Assembly (NCBI GenBank): GCA_030704615.1
Contig: CM060733.1
Coordinates: 45,074,001 to 45,138,000, forward strand
Origin: Takakia lepidozioides
Lineage: Eukaryota > Plantae > Bryophyta
Direction of reading: 5' to 3'
DNA length: 64,000 bases
Of this stretch, positions 48,995-61,700 are shown in pieces. The number at the start of each line of letters is the position of its first letter. The stretch's first letter is position 1. Position numbers and translations under genes: made by a program. Below the pieces are notes generated by a model. That model saw nothing but the letters and a program-made list of their open reading frames with translations. It did no database searches and was not told the DNA's origin.

Positions 48995-49095
48995 TTAACT
49001 TAGACATGTATGGAAAATGTGGGAGCATAAAGGATGCCAAGAGATTGTTGGACAATATCGCTGAACGAAATTTGGTATCATGAAATGTAATGATG
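48995..49095 (+). pseudogene. PLS-class PPR gene fragment
   Basis: LDMYGKCGSIKDAKRLLDNIAERNLVS*NVM matches the LIDMYAKCG.I.DA..VFD.M..RNVVSWN consensus, with W mutated to a stop. Confidence 0.8.
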
Positions 49096-49339
49096 TTCTC
49101 GTCCTTGACAATGTTGACATGTTATTGTAGGAGGTGGAGTATTGAGCTCCCAAATCCGTGGAGATGATCCAATCTTTTGAAACTCGTTGTTTATCATTCA
49201 TAAGTACAAAATACTATATGTAGGTATATGTAATGAACTCCGAAAGCTGGAGAACAAGGAAAATTGATGTTAACCAATAAGTTATAACGAGTTACAAACG
49301 GTCATCTTCCAAACAAATTTTGCCTGGTCTCTGCGTATT

Positions 49340-49800
49340 TCATAATCATTTCGCAAAATCGATGATCTTTCTACGTATGACGAACTTACCCACAAAGTTC
49401 TCGAAGCACAAAATAATTTCGATTGATCTCATATTACTCTGGGACCTGTCAAATGGTACGTTGAATATATTGGTCAAGTCTCGAAGCGAATGAAAATCAT
49501 TTGGATGGGCAACCATCCATTTCCCCATTGAACGAATTTCGATTGATCTCATATTACTCATAACCCTCTTACATGGTACATTGAACATACTGGCCAAGTC
49601 TCAAAGCGATCCAAAATCATTTCGTCCGTTGAGCCATCGAATGAATTTCGATTGATCTCATATTAGTACGGAACCTGTGAGAGGGTATCCCGAACGTACT
49701 AGCAAAGTTTGAAAGCAAAAAAAATTGATTTGGATGGGCAACCATCCGCTCACCCCTTGAATGAATTTCGTTGGATCTGCTATTACTTTGGGACCTGTTC
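49340..49800. repeat. Four degenerate tandem repeats of about 110-120 bp
   Basis: AATTTCGATTGATCTCATATTA core at about 49415, 49535 and 49644, with a variant at about 49764. Confidence 0.85.
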
Positions 49801-52800
49801 GACTGCGTTTCGCATGCACTTTTTTCATTTCACTTTTGAATGGGGCGTATAATGACTCCATATGCCACATGCGTGCCAAATTTGGGAGCGAACAAATTTG
49901 GTAAGTTCTTGTCACCCAAACGAGTCTCACGAAGTCTGGCCAACGATTCGAGAAAAATAGCCTCGGACTTTGGGTGTCCCACCACATTGTCTGGCACGTG
50001 GAGTACTGAGAATCCAGTCGGGGGTCTGCTGTTCCTTGTTCTCCATCGACAAGGTCTGCTGGTTTGCATGTCGGTACTTAGGATTTTGCTGGGAAGGGTC
50101 TGCTCGCTCCACGGTCTGCTCGCTGCGGTCTTGTTGGGTCTCCATGGGAGTTGGGTTTTGTGTAGATGAAGGGTCTGCTGTTGGACAAACTCCAATGGAA
50201 CCTGCATTTAACAGGTGACTCGACTCCAGTATGGCCACGCAGGGCTCTTAGAAGTTGTCGTGCGCCATTAGCGTATTGGTTAAGGGCCTTCCGAACGAGC
50301 TCATCCTCCGGGTCGTACTCTGCAACAATGTCAGCAACATTGTCAGAAACATTGTCAGAAACAAAGCACTCACCCCTTGTCTGCTCGCAAATGGAAGAAT
50401 ACATGGGGGTTTGCTGGTTCACGTGGTCTGCTTCACAAGGTCTGTTGGTTCTCATGGTGTGACATAAGATGTTGACATGGTTCACATGGTCTGGGATAAA
50501 GTCTGCGAGATGGTCTGCGTTCATGGTCACTGAGAAGGTCTATTAAAGGTCTGATGACATACCATGATCAATGACTATGGTCCACAACCCAATATCTTTC
50601 ATCAGCCGATCCATGAAGGCCTCGTCAAGTCCCAGAGCTGCAAATATGGTCCTCTGCTGGAAACCCGCTCTAGAGCACTTGGAAAACATGTCGTTTGTTG
50701 AATGCAATGTCCAACACCGCACGTTCTTGCACAGTCACAAACCACGTCATGGCGTCTTGCATGATACTTTCCCAAGCCTCTTCGTTTCTGTGCAGTAGGT
50801 CCATCCGCAGGTTGTGAAGGTATTTTTTTTAATTTGGTGTAAGACCTGAAATTGCCAAATCGCATCCATTCACGACGGAGGAAACAATCTGTCATCTCCT
50901 CAAAAGCACTCTTTGTCAAGCTCGCTAAGTGCTTCGGACGAACACCAAATATTGGGTGGGCGATGGCCATGTGCCTTATGTCGAGTGGGCGTGGGTTGTG
51001 CATGAGAAAGAGCTGCGCAATAAGCGTTGGCTCGGTCTCCTCTGCCAAAAGCGCCACTCTATACTCCCGGGTTTTGTCCAAAACACGGGTGGCCTCCTCT
51101 GCCGTGAACTCCATTGAAGAGTGATGTGGAGCTAAGGTCCACCTGGAGGCGACGATGTGGTGAAGCTCATAGTACCAGTCCAAATGCCGATTGCTTTCCC
51201 CACAACGGAACTTCGGAAGAGTGGGGTCCTCCTCATTAGTTGCGGACCGCTGTGGAGGTCGCCATGGTCTGCCAAATGGGAAATCAGTTCGGCCACGAAA
51301 TGTGGTCTGCTGCAGAGGTACGAAGGTCTGCTGGAGGATGGGTCACGGAAGAAAGGTCCACTGGGACCGACGTTCTCAGAAGCCTTTGGGACAGAGGGAG
51401 GTTTATTGCGGGGCCGGTGGTACCATCCTCAATTGATGCAATGGCATCGGCCGACTGTGGATACAGACTCAGGATGTACTCCCGAATATCACGAACCTCA
51501 TTTCGGACAAGTGTATTTTCTAAGGGAAGACGGTTGGACCTGTACTTCCAGATTTGCAAAGCCTTGTACACTCGGTTGTCTTGTGTGTTCACCTCCTGAA
51601 AATAAATAGCAAAATTAGCCAGGACAGTAGACCAGTAGACCATATCAGTAGACCACACCCAGAAGACCAGTAGACCATAGTAGTAGACCACAACCATAGA
51701 CCCATGCAACAAACCACAGCTAGGACAGTAAGACCCTATCAAAGCAATGCAGTACCATGTTCAAAAAAGCAGACCCAAAACAGTAGACCGACAACAACAG
51801 ACCATACATATAACTATAAACAAAGAACAGTATACCATGATTTGTAACCGGGAAACTAGACGCACATCCGTGGACCCATGCAACAGACCATAGCCAGAAC
51901 AGTAGACCCACAACAAGTAATGTTGTATCATGTACAGAATAGTAGACCCTGGACAGTAGACCTACAGCAGCAGACCACACATCAACACCTAGCACAATAT
52001 ACCATGATTTGCAACCAAGAAAACAAAACAATCAAATACGGTAGACCATAGAAAGAGTGGTTCAAGTACCTGGAGGCCGTTGTAGTCTTCATCCTTTGGG
52101 TGTGATCGTGCCTCGACCCACTTCTTCTCTGCTGTGTGAATGGTTGCTGTATTTGCCCTGATCTCACGTAACCATATAACTCCGGATCTGATTCTTCTGG
52201 GTACTCCTCTGGGCAGAAGACTGTGGGGAAGAAGGTACAATGTGTTAGGGCGGACAGGGGTCCCGTTACATCTCCACGGACGTCAGTCAGGGTCTGTTAT
52301 TTCTTGGTCTGCTTGTTGGGTCTGATATCTGGTCTGTTTGAGGATGTGATTCCTCCATGGGGGTGTCCGAGTCTAGGTTTATGTCATGTACCAGCGGGGG
52401 GTACCCAATGGGGTCGGAAACCAAATACGGTCTCATAACTAATCACGGCGGCTCCGTCGACATGTCCTGAACATGATCGTCCTCTTCATGGGAGTCTTCC
52501 TCACTTGAGTCATCCCCACTGGATGACAGACTTTGAACGGTAGCATGTGGTCTGCTGGGACCGACCTGGTTACTTGTCACTCTCGTATCCCATGGTCTAC
52601 CAGCACCAGTACTGGTAGAACAATGACTTTTCCGGTCTATATTTTTTTTAACTCCATCATTGAGCTTCTTTTTCTTCACTAGCATAACGCGGCTAGGGCC
52701 CAGCAGGCCGGCTTGAGTGTAATAATGCTGCCGCACTTCGTCAGCAAACCGAGCGACGGCAGTTGCACCCCTACACTTTGCAGTGATTTCTTTTGCAGCC

Positions 52801-54815
52801 TTAGACTAACTTGGCTTAGGGCTTGAAGTTCTCAGGGACCATACCTTTGCATCCTCCATCAAGGACATGCCAGTTTAGAGTCTCTATGTCCTTGACAATG
52901 TCGGGGCAAAAGGGGCACTGAAACCGATCATTTGGCTAAATCTCTTTCTCCTTTGCTATGCGCAAGTCCAAAAATGCTTCTACTATTTTAGCATCGTACT
53001 CACTTGGCTCATACCAGTACCTTCTCTTTGCTTTGTGGCAAGGGGCATGCACATATTGCATCCAATCGGCTCCACCCTTTGGGCAAGCTTCTTCCATGGC
53101 TGCAACATAAGCAGGAATTGTGTCAGGGACGGTCTGCTGAATGCAAATGAAGAAGCGTAAGCAAAAAAGGAAATGAAGGTTTCGCGGTGAAGAAGTCTGG
53201 TGAAGTTGATACCTTCGTACTTCGGCAACGACGGGCACGCAACCTTTGACGAGCGGGCGAGCGCTACAAATGAATCGTCGCGCTACTATCAAAGAGGCAG
53301 AAACCGCGAAGCGCAACATAGCGTGCAGGAGCAAAGTGGAGAAATGCGAAAGACGCAAGAGGAGGAAAAGGTATGTAACAGCTCACTGCTAAGCGTGACA
53401 GGAGTACACATGCGGCCGCTGAGGCCATGCACACGTGCGGAAGAGGCCATGCACGTCGTACAGGCGGCCGTGGCCAATTGGACTGGCGCTGAAACATCAA
53501 ATGTCCCGGCGGCACAATAATGGCCATCGTCAAGGTCTTCCATGGTCTGCCCTAAGTCATTCCGCCAGGCTGGTCTACCGTTGGGTCTGTCAATCGGGTC
53601 TGCCATGCGGGTCTGCCACAAGGGTCTGCCGAGCGGGTCTGTGGCACTGGTCTATCACATTCGTCTGGCAAAGATTGTCTGCCCTTCGGTCTGCCGTCGG
53701 GGTCTGCCCAGAGTTCTCCAGGCTGGTCTTTGTTTCGGTCTTCTCGTTTGGACTGGCATGGTGTACTCTTCTCTTCTCCTGCTCTGCCCATCTGGTCTAC
53801 TCTGTCTGCATTGTGTCCCCAACCATTTGACCATTTCAATGGTCCCCTCAGTTGGGTCTGTCCATCCCCGCACTGTCATGGTAACATATGGAAGGTCCAC
53901 TAGTTCGGTGCGCAAAAAATTTCGCCACACGTGCCCATCTGGTCCTGTATCGATGGGTCCACCTGCAAACAACATCCAAGAGACGCAACTCGAGAGCAAA
54001 TCTGAATTTTATATAGCTAGCCATGCACATATGCTTCTGCCATTCTACCCATGCTATATGGAGGACAAACCTCGAATAAGACAGTGTGACAAGGGAAAGG
54101 CCGATTCACAATTGTTGTCCACTAAAATGAGTCGTATTTGTTAGCAAAGAGCTAAATACTTCCATTCAAGTCTGCACTGTAAACTCAATGTAAACAAGGA
54201 CGTCTTCCCCGCACTCATACAGTCCTACGAATAGGCGAACAACAAAGCAAAAATAGTAGCATCATATGAACAAAGGAGGCTGTGGCTTGAAATGATGGAC
54301 TCCGACGTTGCCACGAGAGTCCATGGAGTCATGCAAAGGGATTCTTCACAACCGCGCAAGTCTGTTGGTTCTAAACAGTCAAACAACAACGACAGACGAT
54401 AGAGGGAAGACAATAGCGGAGGAAACAGAGAAAAGAGCAAAGGGGGTCTGAGGAGATCGGCGACTGCCATGGCATGCCCTCAATCCGGACGGTATGGATA
54501 AAACCGGATTTGGACGGGCAGATGCGTGCCACGTAGGTCTGGGTCTGTTGTGCCGGTCTGGGGTGGTGTGTCGGACGACATGCGCCACCAGCGGGCAGAC
54601 CACCCCAGGCGAGTCCGGTGGACCAATGGCGGGCAGACCCAGCCGCGACCGCGGGCGGGCTGGGCCGCGGTCCGGGGGCCGTGGGTGGCTGCGGACCGCA
54701 CTGCACGGCTGGCAGGTGGGGGTGGGCGGGGCATGTGCCCTTCCGTGTGCCCTGTCCCACACGTGAGACATAAACTCCCAATTATTCAAAATGAGAGGCA
54801 CTTTAAATAGACCAT
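49340..54815 (-). mobile_element. Unclassified GGTCT/AGACC-rich element with a degenerate multi-exon gene (left boundary uncertain)
   Basis: Coding-like minus-strand segments at 52800-53140 (including a FQCPFCPDIVKDIETLNWH Zn-finger-like motif), 51284-51596, 50602-51183 and 50078-50530, with stops. Dense GGTCT/AGACC motifs. GC-rich right end with the shared AATGAGAGG..TAGACCAT terminus. Confidence 0.6.
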
Positions 54816-55799
54816 GAAACCAATGGTCAATCATTTTAGGTATTCTGGTAGGATGAAATGAGAGGCCTTGTAGAATGACCATTTATTAATTGGAAATTAT
54901 TGACTTTAGCCATTTGCTTAATGTTAGCCAAACAGCTCTTGCTACTTTCAGCTTGCCAGCCCCCAACCTGCTTCACTTGGCAAGACAATGGTGAACTTAA
55001 TTTCTTCTTCTTTTGACCCAGCCAAGACCTTGAATAATAGAAAATGCCCTCCTGACTTTCCACTGGAAATTGCTACATGAGCAGACTGAGTTTTCCATTG
55101 AAAGCCCATGTCTAAAAGTATCCGGTGGCAGAATGAACAGGCCGCAAACCACAAACCGTGGGAGGCTCTGTCCATTGAAAGCAACTATTTTGACAAGCCT
55201 CCATGTGGTTTATACTTGAGAGCTTTTTAGACCAATCTTTGACTCGGTGTAAGGTCCGTTGACCACACTTTCTCCATCGACTTCAACATGCCCTGAAGGG
55301 GCAAAGCCAACAAATTAGTCCCCAAGAAGTTCACCACCACATCTTGGGTGGTTGTTCAAGTGGCCCCAACACTCCACTGATGTTGGGAGCTGGGTGGGTC
55401 CTCTGGCTCAGGTTGTGGCATTCAGTTTGATGATAGACTTTGTATATCTTCACAGGAGCATCAGGCTAGATCAACACATCGGGTGGAAGCATTTCTAGCT
55501 CAGCAAAAGCAACCTATACAATCCTGACCTTCAAGAAACCCTCATCTGGCTTCACACTGGAAAAATGGTCCTCTCCTTGTGATACATGCCCCAGAGTATA
55601 AAAAGGAGCCTTGACATTGTGCCTAGTTTGGACAGCCTAGAGAAGGTGTGGGGAGGTTGAAATATGAATGTAAATGGGCTTTCTGACATGTAAAGCTATC
55701 ACCTATTATACCACTTTCAATGGACGCTAGTGGCTGTTTTTGCCCATGTGTCAACATTTTGACAGTAAGAAAGAAAAAGCCACAAAAGCACATGCCACT

Positions 55800-58700
55800 T
55801 CACTTCCACTTCTCGGCGAGCTCCTTCCGATTTGACAAAACCCAGGTAACCACAATGGCCACTAACAAAGCTATGATTGTAATGAGCAGCAGCGCGTAGC
55901 TGAAGTCCTCAGTTAGTGAGTCATATATTCGAGAGGGGGCTGTGCGCGTGTAGAACAAGTCGAGTCCATAGGCAAACACTAAACAGGTCGACTCGAGGCG
56001 TGCTGGCACAGTCAACATGCCCCTCAAACCTTCCACTTGATATGCATGCGTTAAATATGCCTGCAACACATCCTGAGAGTCATGATTGGATCGTTTGATG
56101 CACTTGACAATGCATATCCAATGTTCACAGGGAACGGCAGGAGTACAATTTAGTATATTCAACTTACTGGAAATGACAAGAGGTCAAATAGATGTGGAGT
56201 CATCTTGCTGCCTGATTAAATGACAGAAATAGCTGAAAGTGAATATGGGAAAGACTGGTGAACTATCTATTCACAGCACACTTCATGGGATGAAATAAAA
56301 ACCAATGATCATGAAATCATCAGCTTGGTAACCACACAGAGGGGACAACTGCATCAAAGATGAATGACAGACATGCAAAGGATGATGGGAAAGTGAACCA
56401 AAAGATCATATTTGGTTGCTATGAAGTGCTTAAACTGACCCTTACCTGTGGAGAAATAGGGAGGGTGTCTGTATAGGGGATGATGCCCTCTTCTGTCTCC
56501 ACAGCTGTCGGTTTCAGTGTCCTGCGTGGGTCAAGAAACCTCTTGTCCAATGCTAGCACCTACACCCAACCGGAATGGGATGGACATCACTTTCTCACTT
56601 TCCAGCAGAATAAAGTCAGTACAAATCTTGGAATAAAGCATCTTTCAAGAAGATCATTTTGTACTAACACAAATCCACGGCAGGTTTCTGGGATTCTGGA
56701 CAAGGGTGAAAGGATCAAACCTGATCAGCGACAGTGCCAATTAGAACCTGCTTTGACGTGATACCCTGGGCAGTGGTTGTCACTGTCATCGACTTAACAG
56801 TGAATGTGAAGAAGTAACTTTGTCCTTTCACTTCAATATTTGGGAAAGAATAAGAAGAAACGGGTGTGCTGGCATTATGTCGGCCAAGCATCAGCTGCAA
56901 AACTCCCTTGTCCCCCTGTCCAGACACATAGTAGATTGTTACAATTTGTCTACATCATTGCCTGCAGATCATCCTGGTGAAATTAACCCCCACAAAGCCC
57001 TCTGGAGAGTAAAAAGTTCACTACACTTAACCCGAAGCACACAAGGAGTATGTCATGACCTCTCTCCAAGCTCAGCAGGAAAACAACAGATTTGGCAGAG
57101 TAATTCATCTTTGCATCCAGGATCTTCTGCCATGACATAGGTGCCCCACAAAACAACTAGATCCAAAGAATATTGTGTTGAAGAGGGGGAATGTTACCAC
57201 TCGGGACTGGTCATAAATCTCCAATAGAGACATCTCGTATCGATTGTACCGCAGATTGAAGTAATGATACACCACCCAGTTCTCACTGACAACCTGCAAA
57301 ATCCCCAGGAAGTATGTACATCTGAGTGTCAAAGTGGGAGGAGCACTGCTTCTGTTGAAGGTAAACACTTCAGACAGCCATTTATAATGCAATCGAGGTC
57401 CCTTCTGCGACTCTCACTGGAGGCTAACTGGCCCCAGGTACCCCAATTTGGAGAGGCACCTGCAGATGGAAGGAACAAAAAGTCAAAACTCCTATATCAC
57501 TCTATGTGGATTTAAGCCAAGGACTACCTCTGGAGGACTAGCAGAAAGCTGTGAACTTCTTTAGTCTGCTTGTGTAGCAGCCCCATCCACATCTAACCAT
57601 CCCATGTCTATTAACCACCAAAATATATATTACCGCGTGCACAGGACCTTGTGTGTTGGGATGTGTGACACGATGTAAAATTCGCCCTGTAACAGTGTCA
57701 ATCAAATAAGCCACCAGACTTGACTCGTCTAGAGTTGCAGCACCAACAGCGCCTGCTGGTCTAGGCGTCACGGTGGCCACGAACACCAGATTTTTGTTGA
57801 GATACTTGTAGAGGACATCACGGTTCCCCAGCACCTTTGCTTGGGTATGTACTACCTGCAATTTATTTGGTTATGAATATGTGACTCAGAAAAATTGAAT
57901 TATCTTACAGATAAAGACCTCCTTTCCTCCTCTTTTTTGAGACAGGACCCTGGACCACAAGGCATGTAGGGCAATTGGAAGTCTAATTCACCATGTGTCT
58001 TTGTCTCCCAGTCTTCTACCAACTCAGATGATGCAAATTGACAGAACTTACATCAGTTATACTGCAAAAAAGGCATACAAGGAGTGCTAAAGACAGCCGA
58101 CCCATAGTGCTCATCGTTGTGGGAGCGAAAAAGCATAGGAAACAAGGAATGCAATCACTATGAAACCCAAATATCCCTTTTGAAGGCAACATAGCCAAGA
58201 TGTGACATAACCTGTACAAAAATGGCGGGATTGAAACCTTTCCATTCTTTAACTTTAATCCATTGTCAAAAATATTTCTCAGCCTTATAACATCTCAAAT
58301 ATGTGTCACTGTTCCAAAACTGCAACATCTTTAGTCCAGCAAATTGGAAGCTTGTGAGATAACTGACGTTCTTTCAACTCATTTGAATCAAACTGCATGT
58401 TATCTACAGTACCTTTCCCACTTACCTTCACCTAGACGAAGTGGTGAGTTATGTACTTTCGTCATCATCCTCTTTCTCACATTCTCTCTTGGAACTCATA
58501 GACCCGAGAGTACAAACACCATATAGATAGAGTTGATTATTGTCAAACATACTTGTGAGACAATAATTTCACTGACAAATATTCAATAGACTGGCCCTTA
58601 CCTCATCAGGCCTCCTTGTGGCAACAGCAGCAATGGTCTCTGACTCCACAGGAAAGACAACTGACCACAGTTTTGCAGTCTGGAAGAGATAGCCCTCCCC

Positions 58701-61700
58701 CGGTTTGCCACCGCCTGACCGATCCAGGTCCCTGATTTCATAACCTTCGATCATTCCTTTCTCTTTGTCCACTATGTAGAAGAAAGTATTGAGCTTTTGT
58801 TTGACAAAGATAGCCAGGCTTTCCTCATTCATGGGGAACAGATGTGCCATCGCTTGATCATCGACTAGCAGATGAAGCCGCTGCTCTGAAGAATCTGTAA
58901 GAGGCAGTGGAATTGCCTGTGTGACAGTGTAGCTAAGCCTAACAGAGCTGAGCTCCTTTCCAGAGTGAGCATCCACCCATGAGAGAATGCCAGGGGAATC
59001 AGGTGCTGAACCTGTTTTTGCTAAAATCAAGGCTGTCGGATTTTCATCCAAGGCATGCTGGTGGGGTACTTGCCATGGCAGGAGCCTAATTGGAACAGTG
59101 TGAAGCCCACCAGAAGTCCGAAGAGCTGGAATCAGAAGAGACCACACAATCCGGCCATTACCAGTGTGCAAAGCCAGAAGTTTTCCAGCCTTTGTGAGCA
59201 CCAGAAGAAGCTTACGGAATCCATTATGATCGCGCACTAGTTTTGTTTTATCGGCCTGGTTCAATCGCGCTTGTTGGACTGCAGCTATGTCGTCTGTGCT
59301 TGCCAGAAATAGTGTAGCCTTCAACCTCATGAAATGCCCCTGTTCCACTCAATCCTTTATTGTTCAGGCAAGAGTGATGTTGCTCTAGCTAGATCCTTGA
59401 ACTGAAAGAGTTTCAGCAAGGCCTATTGGCTGCAGTCATTTCAGGTAATAACTTAACAGAGTGGTCACTTAAACTTTGTCGCCAATTGCAGTTGGAGCAA
59501 TTAGTTTATCCTTCTAGGACAACATCACGGAACCCCGCATGTTAGTCTGTCATGAATCCAAGCTATGACTAGGAGAATTCAGGGATAAGCAGTTGGAATC
59601 AGAATTAGTGACTGAAGCATCTGTCCACCTACCAAGCTTTAGGAGTATCCTACAACCTGGTCGTCATAACTCCACAGTGCTGAGCATGGAGTCTGTCCCC
59701 ACAAACCTATCAAAGGAAGTGTAGCATACCTTGAGCCATTCAGCCAGATCATGTTCAACTTCAGACACAGAAACCCCATCTTGTTCCAATCGAAGCTCTG
59801 AAGTGGTTGCATCTACTATGCTTGCCAACCCATCTTCACGAGTCCACACAACCTCGCCTTGCTGGAGCAGCGACAGTGAGTCATCCTCCCCCACAACGAG
59901 TGCTCGGAAACCATGTGTCCGATCGGTGCGAAGATATGCATTCAAGAACACTTTCTGCAATAATCCCCTCTGTGACGGTAGCTTGGTTGTCTCCTTTTTG
60001 GCCTCTTGAGTCCAATCATCAGAGTGCACTTGTAGACTAAATATGTTGTCTGATGGTCCTCCTTCAAGAAGCTGAATGATAGCTACTGCGTGCTTTCCCT
60101 CTGACACACTTAAGCTGTCACTAACTGAGACTGCTCCTATAAGCTTTTCAACCACTCGCAGTTTACCATTAAGGGGATCAACTGTCACAATTGCAGTCGT
60201 GTCACCTAGAGCAAGTAGAATTGCACCCTCCAGCTGTGCCTGTAGAAGCTTGGGGTGGTCTGGGCCACCAGGCAAAAGGCTTGACACTAGAGTCTTGGAA
60301 AAAGTGAAGTCTTTGTCGGCATCAATAACTGCCGCAACTAAATACTTGCCCTCTGCATCAAGAGCTATTGCAACACCATTGGTGACAAGAACCTCCTCAG
60401 TGGACAGTGGCCCAGACGTGGGAGTAACTTTTGGGTCACTCATTGCACCTCTCAGGAGGTCTACTTCCACAATAGCCAATCCTGAGCCACCAGAAAATCC
60501 AACTCCATACACCTTGCCGTTGTTGGCTTGCAAGACTAATTTTTGGATATCAAGTTCCTTGCTGCACCAGAAAAAATTCCATTTCAATGAATGTTTCATC
60601 AAAAGGTGAAACAATTTTGTCTATTGATCAACTGAGTACTATACTTGTTTGTACAGGATACATGCTTCGTATCCACTAATGATGCTGGGTCATTTCTATG
60701 TGAGAACCAAGCACATCTGGATAACTAATGGATGCGTCGAAGAACCCCCATGAATGGTATGAGAAGTTATATGGTAATTGCTCTGGATTTGCCCCAAATG
60801 ACAATAATAAAACCAAGGAGGTAAGATGAGAGGCCATGATAAAATGAAAGTGAAAGAGAATGCAGGGCCCTTGTACTGCTGCGGATGCACTTTCCCAGGA
60901 AGATGGTTTTGGGATCGGCTGCAGCATGCTTAGCTGTTCAACAAGCAGTAAGCAATCTCATGGCAGGACTGATGTAATAAGGCAGGGGCAAGCTGCTGGC
61001 CTCCAACAAGAAACTTGCTTTCCCCAGCCGTGTAAGCTGTTTGTAGCTCTCAACCTCTTAAGAAAAGCATTGGGGTCTAAAGTGACATGAGACTATGCAA
61101 GCAACTCTATCCATTTGTTCACCAAGGTCGGTATCTAGCCAATTCAAAGACTCCAAGTGGTCGATGTATCTGTGCTCACTGCATACCTTGTAGGGAATTT
61201 GGTTCTCCAAAGAACTCCACCATCAACAGCTGAAAGTGCTGTCAAAGTACCACCACCAAAAACCAACAATTCCCTGAATCTGTTGTCGGAAATGTCAAAC
61301 TGCAACTCAGCCATGTGACCCTTCATTAGCACATCCAATAACTGACTCTTAGCTGAAAGGGACTTCTCTTTCACAGCCTATCGAACCTTCGTACATGTTC
61401 TAACCGACACCAAAGGCATTCAAGAAATTTGGTAGCGGGCGGAGCAAAAACTGTTTTTGTAAGACCTAAATCGATCAAGACATTACATGCAACTTGCCAG
61501 CATTACTCCACTTCAAACCCCTAAACTAATCCAGATACAGAGTGAGCATTCGCCACTCGCAGTGCACATCCCTTGTCCCTCTTCCTAACCTTTTACCCCC
61601 TCCACCCCCTTTCCCCCACCCTGCTTAGGCTACATGAGGGGGGCCAGGTATAGGGCCACCTTTGCAGTCAGCACATCTCACAGGTACATTTGTACAGTCC

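Noticed and set aside
60076-60609. 177-aa plus-strand ORF and similar overlapping ORFs
   Set aside because: Antisense to EMC1 exons.
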